Source: Leidyana gryllorum EB-2025a
Lineage: Eukaryota; Protista; Apicomplexa
Direction of reading: 5' to 3'
NCBI GenBank assembly: GCA_048772705.1
Contig: JBLWGC010000160.1
Coordinates: 1 to 64,000, forward strand
Length of the DNA: 64,000 nucleotides
Shown here: one piece after another, positions 1-11,307 of the stretch
Layout of the letters: every line of letters starts with the position of its first letter
Position numbering within the stretch: position 1 is the stretch's first letter
Translations under genes and position numbers: made by a program
The notes under the pieces: generated by a model
What the model was told of the DNA's origin: nothing
The model's input: only the letters and a program-made list of their open reading frames with translations
Database searches by the model: none

Positions 1-236
1 CCCTTATTATTCGAATGATGACGATCTTAATGCTGAAACGCGTCGATCTATCGTCCAACCCATGATCCAAGCCGCTGTTGCTGCCCATGTTAGGGTTTCC
101 AGCTCTTTATTGCTCACCACTCACGCCAATCGGCTCTTGGCTTGGATCATTGTGGGCACACATCCTTCTGGACACGTATTGATCACCCACTCATCATCCT
201 TCTTCTTTGAGGGACCGCCTGTAGGTCTAGCTAGCC

Positions 237-1620
237 ATGCAAACCTCCTGCTATCGTCCAAGTATCAATGGGAGAAGTGGAACGCTCCAGGATCCCGCTG
301 CTCCATCGAATGGGGCACCCGCACAGAGCGAAAGACGACACGGCTTCTTTAGTCACATCAAGGGGATATTAGCCGATTGGACAACCGGGCCAACGCCTGA
401 TCAGACACCCGCCAATACGACCGAGCAACCTTCATGCGAACAGCCCCGGGCTGGGACCTCTGCCGAATCCCCTTCGTCACCACATTCCGAGAATCCTGCG
501 GCATCCGCCTCTTTTGAGCAACCCATTTCAGCAGCAGCACGAGGCACAATGTCAAGCAGCGAAGGTAGTATGGCCACCATGAACGTATCAAACTGGTTTG
601 AGATGGCCAAACACAAGTTGGAACGGCGCCTGCGCACCAATAGTCTCTTGATCTATCCAGGGATGTTTCTTGAGCTGTCATCGGAGGTCTCGGGTCTGTT
701 CAAGGATACAGCACCGGAAAAATCACCGCAACTCTTGGGTCCATCGACAGTTCTTGATATCCAAGAAGACGCAGTCGGACAGTTCAAACGGGTCCACATA
801 TCACCGTTCCGAGACACAGTCCCACAGGCATACCAATTGAATCTGTTCACCGATGTCCTTTCGCCTTATCTGAATCAGGTAATTCAATACATTTATTGAC
901 TATGAGCCTTTCTTCCTGGGCCAAATGGTTGCCAGCACACGTGTGTTCTCTAGGATGTGATGATCATTACCTTGCAGCACGCGTATGTCCTGCGCGGGGA
1001 AGCTGAAACGTTCACAGTCTGCGGCATTCAATTCAAGATCTTAGCCACGGAGCCAGCATCTGGTTCCGAGCGAGCAGGTTGGATTCACCAACCCCCTTCT
1101 AATTTCTCCTATGGTGTTGCTGATTGATCCAATGACGCCAATGGACCGGTCGGGGGCGAATGGTAATCGGCGGGTCGTCCGGCGACGGATTGGTCCGTTG
1201 ACAGCGATTCACATGGGCCGACCTATTTTGCCGCACTGGATCGACGTGTTGGAGCCGCAGCAGCAATTGACCATACGAGATCTACCGACTCATTTACAGA
1301 CGATGGCTCTGGTGCAATTGATTTCGCAAGCGCATCCTCAGGATGTAGAGCGTGTAATGATGGCTCTTGACGGAACAGGTGGTGCCGCGCGAGACAGTGC
1401 GAGTCGGGAGTTGACTGAAGAAGTGGAAGCTCGATGTCGTCGTTATCTGTTGACGGAACCACTGGGTGCAGAGGAGGAGTTCTGTTGTGCGGTGTGTCTG
1501 GGTGACCAGAGAGAAGACGAAATTGTGCGTTTGCCGTGTGGACATTTGTTCCATTTACGATGTGTTGTGAATTGGTTTAGTCGATCGCCTACTTGCCCAC
1601 TGTGCAAGCAAACTGTCTAG
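237..1620 (+). CDS. RING-H2 E3 ubiquitin ligase with a CDC48/p97 N-subdomain-like region (spliced)
   Basis: C-terminal CAVC-x11-LPCGHLFH-x2-C-x10-CPLC RING-H2. Intron 879-953 (GTAATT..TCTAG) joins ORF 237-899 to the downstream exons; the second junction is not resolved. Confidence 0.8.
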
Positions 1621-1634
1621 ATTTTTGGACTTCA

Positions 1635-2996
1635 ATGCAGCAGACTTTCATAGCCGTCCGGATAGTTCGTATAGACGATGCCCCTAAGCGTCTGGGCCTA
1701 GGCGTGAGTGTGAGAAGAAGATTGCAATGTCTGATTCATCAGACCCCACATCAGTATGTGTCGGTGACGATTGGAGCTCAACAGAAGAAGACCGCGCCTC
1801 GTCCAGTAAATGCCGGTCTAATTGATGAGACGTTGTTGGTTCCATCCAGCACATCATCCACTGAATGCGGATTGAAGGTGCAATTTGCAGTACATCAAAT
1901 CCGACGTTTACAGTAAGGACGACGACTCGGAGACGTGTTACTTTGTGTCCTAAAGTCCAGAAGATTGTGTAGGAGAAGGATCCGTTCGATTCAATGGCAC
2001 CAGATACGCCGGATACGTTCACGTAGGTTGAGTCTTGGGGGCTGTTTTGTATGCAGTTGGCTGATCAGTTGATGAATTCTACAGGAAAGACACGAGGGCG
2101 GATTCAAGTGGAGATTACGAGTCTCCAGTAAGTTCTATGTGCGTCTGGTGGCTATGTTGTGTTATTTCTCAAGAAGTATGACAGACTCGGGAGGAACACA
2201 AGTATTTGCTAACGGCTCCTTTGGGTGCGGGGATGGGGGAGTTGGATCTTCTTCAGGAGAAAAGTCACCGTCACAGGTTGCAACTGCCTCCGGTTCGAAC
2301 TGGTCGCCGACCTCATCCGAGAATGGGCGGTCGCCATCAACAGCCCCGTCCCACCATCAGCCCAGTGGTCCGTCTCCATCGACTCGATTGGATACGAGTT
2401 TTCACGAGAGTCAGTATCTGATGTCTACAGTACTCTTAAATCGCGTCACAGCCGAGCAGGCAGGGGGCCGTGGAGATTCCGATGAGGACACGGGGACACA
2501 CGCGCCTGTGGACGACTCGGTGGCCATTATACCACCAGTGCATCTGCAGCAGTCACTGGAACCCATCAAACTGGAGCCTGTGAGTATGATTCCGGTGGAT
2601 GTGGAGCCACTTCAGCTGCGGCCCCCCGCGTCGCCGAGCCATGCTTCGGCTATGACTGCTTCCAATGATTTTCTGTTGACCGCGACATTGCCGGGTGCGC
2701 CGAGCATCTATATGCGGAAGCCCGCCACGGAAGGCGGGCAGCAACAGCAGCAGCCACCAGTGGCGGACAGTGGGACTAGTACTGCTAATTTTGGGGAGAT
2801 GACAATATCAGACATCTTTATGTCTGCACCAAAGCAGATGATGGACTCGAGATGGATGGACACCACATCATTGATGTCTGACTCGATGGCCGATTTGTCC
2901 GTGCCATCGACAGCTCCAGTATTGACTGGATCAAAGCGACTGGTTCCGCCGTCACAGGCTCTACCTGTTACCTCAAGTTGGGCTAATGCTATCTAA
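1635..2996 (+). CDS. C2-domain-like protein with Ser/Pro-rich disordered C-terminus (spliced)
   Basis: Exons read YVSVTIGAQQKKT..IDETL..VQFAVHQ / EDCVGEGSVRF / LMNSTGKTRGRIQVEI, a C2 beta-sandwich pattern. GT-AG introns join these to ORF 2139-2996. Confidence 0.6.
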
Positions 2997-4244
2997 GATA
3001 TCCTCCGCCTTTTCGGCGATACACAGTCTTCGTCATTCGCTTTCTCTTCATCCTCGAGAGGGAAAAAATCTTGACGAGGCCCTCCCCGAGTGATTATCAG
3101 ATGCGTGTTGATTTGTCTGGTCGTGCCGCCCTTGAGAAGGGTGGCCTGTACTTTCAATTGAAGCCCTCGGCTGGCCACAGGCTCCCACCCACTGATTCGC
3201 AGCTGGAGACGAGTAGAGATCATACGCGCCCACGCGTCTCCTAAGGCTGGGACCTCTTCGTCCGCCGATATCACCATGTGGTTCGTCACATAAATTGCCA
3301 CATGTTTCGTACTGGACAGCCGACACAACTCCTCGCCCCACAAAAGATGAATGGGTACGCGGTGAATTCTCAGCCCATTATGCAGAGCCAAACGGGCTGG
3401 GAACCGTATAGAGTCTATCAAGATCAATTTGATCTGAGAGAGGAGGATACACAATAACCAATGGGGAAATGAGTGGCATAAACGAAAAGAGCCTTTGACA
3501 GCAATTTTTACTCACCCGATCCTTCTTCTCCAACAACGTACTCAAACCCAGAATAGCATGATTCAGTTCATCTGCGCCTACAGTCTGAACCACATAAATC
3601 CCTGTGCAAGCAGGAATGCCAAGCTCGTCACTCAGCGGGCAGCCCACTTTTTAGATCATCTGGCCGGATACACCACACACCCTCCTGGGTTCCCACAGCC
3701 GCCATCTCGGCCAACCGATTTGCGAACACGCATCCTTCGGTGTCTACGATGGGCCCCGAATGTTGGCAAAGCTGCTCGCACAACGGGGTCAACAAACACA
3801 CACAATGATGCACACACCGAGACGTAGGGGTGGCAAACACGCACCAGTGTACACACGCCGAGACGAACAGTCACAACACAACACAACAGTCATAAAACGA
3901 CCGGATTCCCACTGAAGACCGACCAATTATCAATGCTTCGGCCTCGACCGAACCATGAAGTAGTGAAAGTGCCAAGTGCTCTCTGAACAGGATGAAGCCC
4001 ACATTCTGCCCCCGACAGCATCAGTAACGAGCACTCACATAAGTTGCGTCTTGCCGCAACCAGGTTCCCCAACAATTTCATTGATGCCTTCATTCGGGGC
4101 AAAGAACCCTCGTGGGCCTCGCGCATCTGGCGCTATAGGCACGTGAAGTAGTTCATTGAGCTCAACAGAGCCCGTTGACAGCCAAAGTTCATCACGGGCT
4201 TCAAAAGTCTGTTTGCGGTAGTCTGCGAAGGTTATTACTGGCAT
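2993..4244 (-). CDS. RAD51 paralog (RAD51C/XRCC3-like recombinase family), spliced
   Basis: LSTGSVELNELL; Walker A GEPGCGKT; Walker B LILIDS; VYVTNH-like VAIYVTNH; PALGDAWARMISTRL motif typical of RAD51 paralogs. Confidence 0.85.
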
Positions 4245-4246
4245 TT

Positions 4247-5923
4247 ATGAGCGGGGAAGAAGACGACACCAGCACTAGCAGCAGCAGCAGCAGCGGACCG
4301 AAAAGCGTTTCGGAGGGGTTTAGTGACGCGTACACCGAAGACAGTAGTAGCGCTGAGGTTGACTTTGTGACTGCAGAACTCTATTATCGACCAGGACACC
4401 CGACAGCGCCGTCACTGCTCAGAGAGTTACAAGACAGTATACTACAAGAGGAAGCCACCCCAACAGCGACACATTTTTCGTCCTCGGCGAGCGACAAATG
4501 TGCGACGTGCACGCACTGACTTTAGTGAATACAGACGAAGTATAAGATGGGAGTTGAAGCAGACCGCCTCAAAGCCGAGCAGGTTGAGTTGCAGAAGCAG
4601 CTCGACGCTCTCAAGGCCATTCAAGAGAAGGAAGAAGCTGAGCTGGCTGAGCATGAAGCCAGACTAAAAGAGGCCTCAGCCAAACTCACAGCTGCCCAGG
4701 AAACTGGAGGAACTACTGAAGCCGTATATATGCAGTATCTGGCTGACTATCGTCAACAGGCGCTCGCCGAGAGGGCCGAACGACGCCGAGAATTGGTGAA
4801 GGAATGGGAGGCAACTTTGGCCTACCTCGAAGCCCAGAAGAAGAACCTCGAAAGAGAGGATTCAGAGGCCTATCTTGAGAGGAAGAAGATCCAGGAAATC
4901 AAGATCCAGCTTAGAGAACAAGGAGTAGCTGAGTTCCAGACTTACAGCCCCAGCGATTTGGGCGCCAGTCCCCCTGGAGTCGAACTACTGAAACAAGAGT
5001 CATTCAGTGCCTCTCTCAACGCCAAGAACAACAAGCCCGCTACTGGTCTATCAGCCCCAGGCGGAGCTGAAGGCTATGGTGGCGATGCCACTCCAGGCCC
5101 CAACTCTCCCTTCGGCAAACCATTCGATGAGGAAACAGACGTCAAGATCGCCGACCACAAAGACAGTCCCGCCACTCCAGGCAACTTGAAGGGTATCGCT
5201 CTCGGGGTCACCCCTGCCGCTGGTGACGCTCCCAGCTCCGCTCCCGCCGTGAGCCCTCAAACCCCAATGAACCCAAGCGGTGGTATCACTTCTACTCCGG
5301 CGCCCGATGTGACTCCTGCCGCGGACGGCAAGCCCTTCGGCAAGCCATTCAATGAGGCTACTGACGTGAAGATAGCTGATCACCGGAACTCCCCAGCTAC
5401 TCCCGGAAACATCATTCTAGCCACTGGTAGTCCGGTCCCTCCTGGGTCTTCAGTCGCCTCTGACTTGTCCACCCCGCCTGCAGCCGGAGCTACTCCTCTT
5501 GCTGCTGGTCCAATGGACCCGAATGCAGTTTCCCCTGCTGTCTCCGATGCCCCATTCGGAAAGCCCTTCAATGAAGAAACCGATGTCCGCATCGCCGACC
5601 ACAAGAACTCGCCAGCCAATCCTGACAACATTGTCATTGCTAACGCCGCAGCCGCTCCTAGCGGAACTCGTCCGGGCGAGAGCGGAAGAAACGGAGTGAG
5701 CTGCGACCCGCCCACTCCCATGCCGCCGGTCACTTACATGGACCAACAGTCCGTAGAGGTCCTCGAGAGTCACCCAGTTACTGCAGTCGCGTTCCCAGAG
5801 GGACAAACGCCAGCAGGTATAGCTGCGGACGCCGTGAGCAAGGGCGGTGCTGTGATCAAGGCAGACATGCAGACGGTCGTGACAAATGTTCGGGTAATTC
5901 CACCAGGAGAGGTTGAAGCATGA
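4247..5923 (+). CDS. Coiled-coil protein with Pro/Ala-rich region carrying three PFGKPF..TDV.IADH..SPA repeats
   Basis: ORF 4547-5923 plus an upstream acidic exon from ATG 4247, joined by a putative intron 4487-4534; heptad-rich Glu/Lys/Ala segment. Confidence 0.7.
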
Positions 5924-6012
5924 AGCATCACCAGACAGAATTTAAAGGAGGATGTATGAACGTATATATAATGCACTTTTGTCCGTGTCCTTCATGGCGG
6001 TTCAACCAATGA

Positions 6013-7085
6013 TTAGTCACTTGATATGATGTTGATATTGTTGGCAGTTTGTAAAGGGGGTGGCGCTGGGTCGAATGCACTGTTGGGGGGGGCCGCTGGA
6101 GTTTTTTCTTTGAGCCACAAGCGCCATCCCGCAAGGAGTGTGTCCACCACAAAATCGTTCGATTCTGCTGCACACACCTTTCCGTAGACCGCAAGATCGG
6201 TGGCGTCGGCAATATTGAACTGTAAGTATTTCTTGAAGGACTCAATGATGTCCTCGGGCGGGGTTTGCAAGGGATCAGCGATGGTTCGAGCAAATTTCAA
6301 GATATGCTCTGGAGTGACATCTTCTGCTTCGCTGTCGCTGGATCGAAGTTCTTGTTGCAGATATGGCTGCACAAATAGTGAGTGCGTCAGGGTAAGCCGC
6401 CACAATGAGCACTTACTTCGACAAAGGGACTGATAATTCTGGCGCATTCCGCGACAAGTCTGTCTTGTTCTTGCATGGTCTCCTGGTACACAAGATCAAG
6501 GGTCCTCTGAACTTCTCGCAGATTCTCTAGTTGGCTTTTGACAGCCATCCATTTCGGATCAGTGAAGAAAGTCCCCAGGACGTCATCGACTGTGTGTTCA
6601 TGACGTATTTTCCCCGCTTGGCGGAGTTTGGCCAATCGATCAACAAAATCTTGGCCGATGGTCATTGGGGCTGTTTTCTTGAACTGAACCTTGCGGGCGA
6701 GATCAAAAGCCCTTTGCTTGAAATCGTCAGGAATGGTGATGAAGTCCTTGTGGGTAGCTAGCCTGGTTTTAGCTCGATCGTATGTGAGTATTGGCGGTAT
6801 CTTCAGTTCTTTCACAATGTCTTTGATAGTTTCGGCATGTTGGGCAAGTTGTTGTTCCTCCGTTAATTTATCTTGACGGCTCTCGAGTAGCTTCCGTTCG
6901 CGCTCACGAAACTCACTTTGTTTCCGTTGGCGTTCTATCCACTCTGAAACCACACGAGGGCAATCCCAAACTCCCTTCCACGACAGTTCATGATAGTAGT
7001 ACGTCAGGTCTTTGTCAGTATAGACCTGAATCCAGCCTGTGGAGCCAATCTGGCGTTGCTTAACCGGTACGCCCGTAAGGTGCAT
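6013..7085 (-). CDS. WW-domain / FF-like protein (TCERG1/PRP40-like)
   Basis: WW motif GWIQVYTDKDLTYYYHELSWKGVWDCP; FF-like helix set IVKELKIPPILTYDRAKTRLATHKDF..QRAF; one intron (GTAAGT..GTGCAG) links the two ORFs. Confidence 0.65.
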
Positions 7086-7213
7086 TCTTTTTTGCGGACA
7101 ATTGCGGGAGTGGTTTTCGCTCTCAAGTGTATTGCCACCGTAAAAGGGAATAGGAGAAGAGAAGGGGATAGGTCAGCACGTCAGCTAAGCTAGCTGCCGT
7201 ATGTGTTGTAGCT

Positions 7214-10200
7214 TCAACGCCGCCGACTCTTCGATTGACTGAGGATGGTTTGAGCATCGATCGGAGTATCAGCTGCCAATGGCAATATCAGGTCCCTCTA
7301 GGATAACATCGCCTTACCGTTCTTGAACCAGGGATGATTGAGACATTGTGCTGGGTCGTATCTACGCTGGGGGCGCGGCTCGAGCATGTGCTTCAATAAG
7401 TCGACCAACTGATCACTCAGGGTTCGCGTGCCAGTTTTGAGCTTAACCACCTTTTCGAATTCGCCTGTATTTACCGGAGTGTGGTGGTTGATGACTTGCC
7501 AAAGTTGCTTTCACAACCGCCAGTTGACAACAATTAGTAAACGACACCATATTCTTATAAAGCAAAGACACACAAACGAACACCACACACCAGTGGACGA
7601 GAGACACACGCAGAAGCAAAGTCGAAAGGCAGCGCACAGGCGTCTTACCGCGTTCTATTAAGCTCCACTCTTTATCCTTTTGAACCCTGTCAAAGGGTTG
7701 CCTCTTGGTAACTACAAAGAAGAGCATCCAGCCCATACAGAACACATCAACCTTCACAGGATCGTAAGTCTGGATCGGAGGGTACACTTCGGGTGGCCGG
7801 AAAGACTTGCCGAACAATTTCTCTGTGGTGATTGATTTGCAAAGCAGATTGCGGATAACCGACCTGCTTTCAGCTCTATAGGGCGGCCGTGGGCATCTCG
7901 ACGGAACTTCACAGCCTGGCCCGGATCAGTAATCTTGGGAATTACTTGATCTTTCTCCCCACGGAACATGAGTACGTTCTCAAGGGAGTGATCACGGAAG
8001 CCCACATCTTTCTGGTGCAGATGCTGTACGCCCGAGAGCAATTGTCTGAAGAGCCAACGAGCCTCGTCCTCCCAGAATGGACTCCCCCGCTTTCGCAGAA
8101 CTTCAAAGAGGTCCTCAAACTCCGCGAACGGCATTATAACGAAACAAACTTGTCGGTCTTTATCTTCCCTGCGAATATTGAGTTGGAGCGCGTAAGTGTT
8201 TACGCTTGGCGACAAAGACTGACCAGAGTTCATCATAGGAGAGCACATTTCTGTGTCCTTTCATTTCCTCCTGGAAGTTGACTTCCGCCTCGATGTCTTC
8301 TTGTAGAGAGTCTTTGTGTTGTATTTCCACAGCGCGAAGCATTATTTTGACAGCTGCTCGGCCAATCGGAGAGGGTTTGCCATGAGTCAGACGCATCCGA
8401 CTGCGATCATATATTTCTGCTTCGAAGACCCCTCCATAAATGGCACTTTGCAGCACGCGAATCAGTTTATAGTATCGTCCCCTTCTTGGAGAAATGCAGA
8501 TCGACCGCAATTGTGAGACCGCGTCTTTCAGAATCTGCAGAGTCCGAAAGCGTTGAAAGCTGGCGGTTGACCTATGTCGGATCTCACCTTGGTGTGATTG
8601 AGTGGTTTGCCTTCGAGCAGTTTGTATATTTGTTCGTCGTAAACGATCGGTTCGTCGTGGCGGCGGAGGTGGGAAACTGGGACAGGGGAGTAGAGGGGAG
8701 GGGTGTGTTGCGAGGGCGTGGAGGCAGCCGTTGTGGCGTTAGTAGGTGTATATGACTTGTGGGTTGGGAAGACTGCCCGGTGGGCGCCGTCAGCTAGAGG
8801 AGTGGGGGCGAGAGACCCGCTAGCATCTTTGCTCATATGCGGATTCTCGTAGAAGGGAAGACGTTTATGCTCCGACTGACGATGCTGACTGGGGACTGTC
8901 CTCGTGAATCCACTCGGAAGTGCATGTGTGGTATTGTTGGACGCTCGGTATGTAGAGGTCGGCGTAGTTGCGGCAGTGCTGGACTTCGCAATAGTAATTC
9001 GGGCCAAAGCGGCCACTGCACCTGAGGGCGTCGAAGACCCATTTATTGAACGCCGGGCTGCGTTTTGCGGCGGCATAGTGTGATGTACAGGAGTCTGTCC
9101 TCGGTGATGACGCGTCTCTGTCGTCGTTGTTGTCGTAGACAGGGGGTGTCCATAGGTCGGCGTTCGGGATCCATTGTCACGATACCGACTCGACGTATAC
9201 GAGTATGGCAGTAGATGCGGAGCATACGTACTAGTTGTGCCGTTCATGGGCGTGACACCCCCATGTGGGGTCGCTCCGCCCCCACCCAGAGGTGTGGCAC
9301 CTCCCAGTGGAGTCGCGCCCCCCCCGCCGAGGGGTGTTGCACCTCCTCCACCGTGCGGAGTCACTCCCCCACCACCACCGTGCGGAGTCACTCCACCATG
9401 AGGTGTGATGCCCCCACTGTGTGGCGTTACGCCGCCAGCGCGATGAGAGGATGTTGTCCCACTATGAACGCCGCCGCCTGCCCGGTGTTGAGGTGTTGCG
9501 CCATTGTGGTAAGCGGTGCTCAATGATGGGACATACGACGAAGGAACAGCGTTTTTGTGGGCTGTAACGTGTGGAGACACTGCACTGGCGTGGTGTGACG
9601 GTGTCACACCACCATGAGTTGGAGTGGTTAATCCACTTCCCAGTAACGTAGTAGCAGTACCTCTTCGGTCTGCAACGGCTCCGTATGTGGGGGTATGCAA
9701 AGCAGTGGGTGTACGACTCGGGTGGAAAGACGGACGCCGAGATGGTGTCGCCACTCGAAAAGCCGGTGTTGGTGCGTCGTAAACACGACTGGTTACCGAA
9801 TAATCAGTACTCTTTGGAGGGACCGACCTGTCCGCTCGTATCGCGCCCGCTGAAGGACGCGTCTTGTCAATAATATGGGAACGCGTCTTCTCCAGTGTTA
9901 CCGGCCCGCGACTTTGCCGAGATTTTGCCGCAAACAAACTCGAAGGATCTCGGTACGCCGTGGAAGACGATTCACCAGCTCCTAACCGAGACACCTTCGC
10001 CGACGTCGTCTGTTCGTAAGGCGGCTTGATCGACGGCTCAACACGCTGTGTCGTCCGCCCACTACTTGAGTGTGCCGCGAACAAAGAACGACTTGTTGTC
10101 CCTTGATCAGGAGGCGCCTCGATCGTAGCATGAGGCGATGGCTCATGGCGTATCGATGTTGCATTCCGAGTAACAGAGGGATGCGGCGGCGACACTCTCA

Positions 10201-10291
10201 ACGTCCCGGAATGAGTATTAGTGCGGTGTACAGGGGCACGAGGCACATTGCTGCCCCGAGGTCCCAGCTTTTGAGCGCTTGATGTCGTCAT
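7214..10291 (-). CDS. Ser/Thr protein kinase with atypical motifs and ~590-aa low-complexity N-terminus (spliced)
   Basis: AAVKIM (VAIK), FRDHSLEN (catalytic loop), ITDPGQ (DFG position), RPPE (APE), DVFCMG, and HMLEPRPQRR..NHPWF across 5-6 exons. Confidence 0.85.
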
Positions 10292-10341
10292 TGCCCCCCA
10301 CAGCTCAGTCCATCAGAACCAAAAATTAACCCAGCCACCTT

Positions 10342-11307
10342 TTAGAAGTCCTCATCGATGCGGAACTTGGTTTCCACTGACATAAAATGCTCCATCACTG
10401 CCTCACATGCTCCTCCCAACTCATCTATCGGCTCGTCGTTCACCAGAGCCGCCCGCTCACGTCCGATCTCCTGGTCACTCCAAGAGCAACTTTGAAAGTC
10501 AGGAACATTGAAACGCGGCCCCATTATTCCATCGGGTAACGTAACCGGAACCGGGCTCGGTGCTACTTCTTCTTGAGTACCCCCATTATACGGGCTCCAA
10601 CGGCTCCTCAGGACTGTTTCCACACCACCGTGAGATGAAAGCGCACTAGACATTCGGAGTCTTGGGGGAGTGAGAGAAGGTCCAGAACGCTGGCGTGCAG
10701 CACTTCGCCCCGACGAGCTGATAGAAACCGACCCCCAACTACTCTTTCTCTCTGCGTCACGGTGCGATGTGCTCGAGGACGATTGTCGCCAATCCTCCTT
10801 CCGTTTCAAACATCCAGCGAGTTCCACCAGGCCCTGTTGGATAGCGCTCAACCGCTCTAAGATGCTCTCCTGACGCAGCTCGGCTGTGCGCTTCTCACCC
10901 TCTAATTCAAGGATACGAATGCGGGCTATATCTCTGAGATGCAATAATCCATAAAAGTCCGCTTCTTCTGCAATGAGATTCAACAGGCTCTCGTCCCGCG
11001 TTTCCACCAGGCGCCCTCGACGGAGATAGTCCAGAACCCAAGGAAACGCCTGCGGATGACGGTCTATGTGAACCGTTGGGATCGAATCCTGTTGGAGCTT
11101 CAGCTCTAACCAATCACGCTGGACTAATCGTTCGAAGAAATTGTTGGTGTCATCAGGATGACCACAAAAGGACCGAAGGGTGTCCAAAGAGGTCCAGCTG
11201 CAGGTGCCCCCCACATTGAACATAATCATAGAACGGTCAACTGCTGAACCATTGGGTGTCACGCACGAGGACACAGTACTTGCTAATGATAGTCGTGCAT
11301 TCGTCAT
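10342..11307 (-). CDS. BTB/POZ (KCTD / K+ channel tetramerisation-type) domain protein
   Basis: FNVGG..TSLDTL..IDRHPQAFPWVLDYLR..EEADFYGL followed by a coiled coil. Confidence 0.9.
   Translation of the reverse strand: MTNARLSLASTVSSCVTPNGSAVDRSMIMFNVGGTCSWTSLDTLRSFCGHPDDTNNFFERLVQRDWLELKLQQDSIPTVHIDRHPQAFPWVLDYLRRGRLVETRDESLLNLIAEEADFYGLLHLRDIARIRILELEGEKRTAELRQESILERLSAIQQGLVELAGCLKRKEDWRQSSSSTSHRDAERKSSWGSVSISSSGRSAARQRSGPSLTPPRLRMSSALSSHGGVETVLRSRWSPYNGGTQEEVAPSPVPVTLPDGIMGPRFNVPDFQSCSWSDQEIGRERAALVNDEPIDELGGACEAVMEHFMSVETKFRIDEDF

Noticed and set aside
1684-2022. 112-aa minus-strand ORF
   Set aside because: The plus strand has consistent splice sites and C2-like exons over the same interval.
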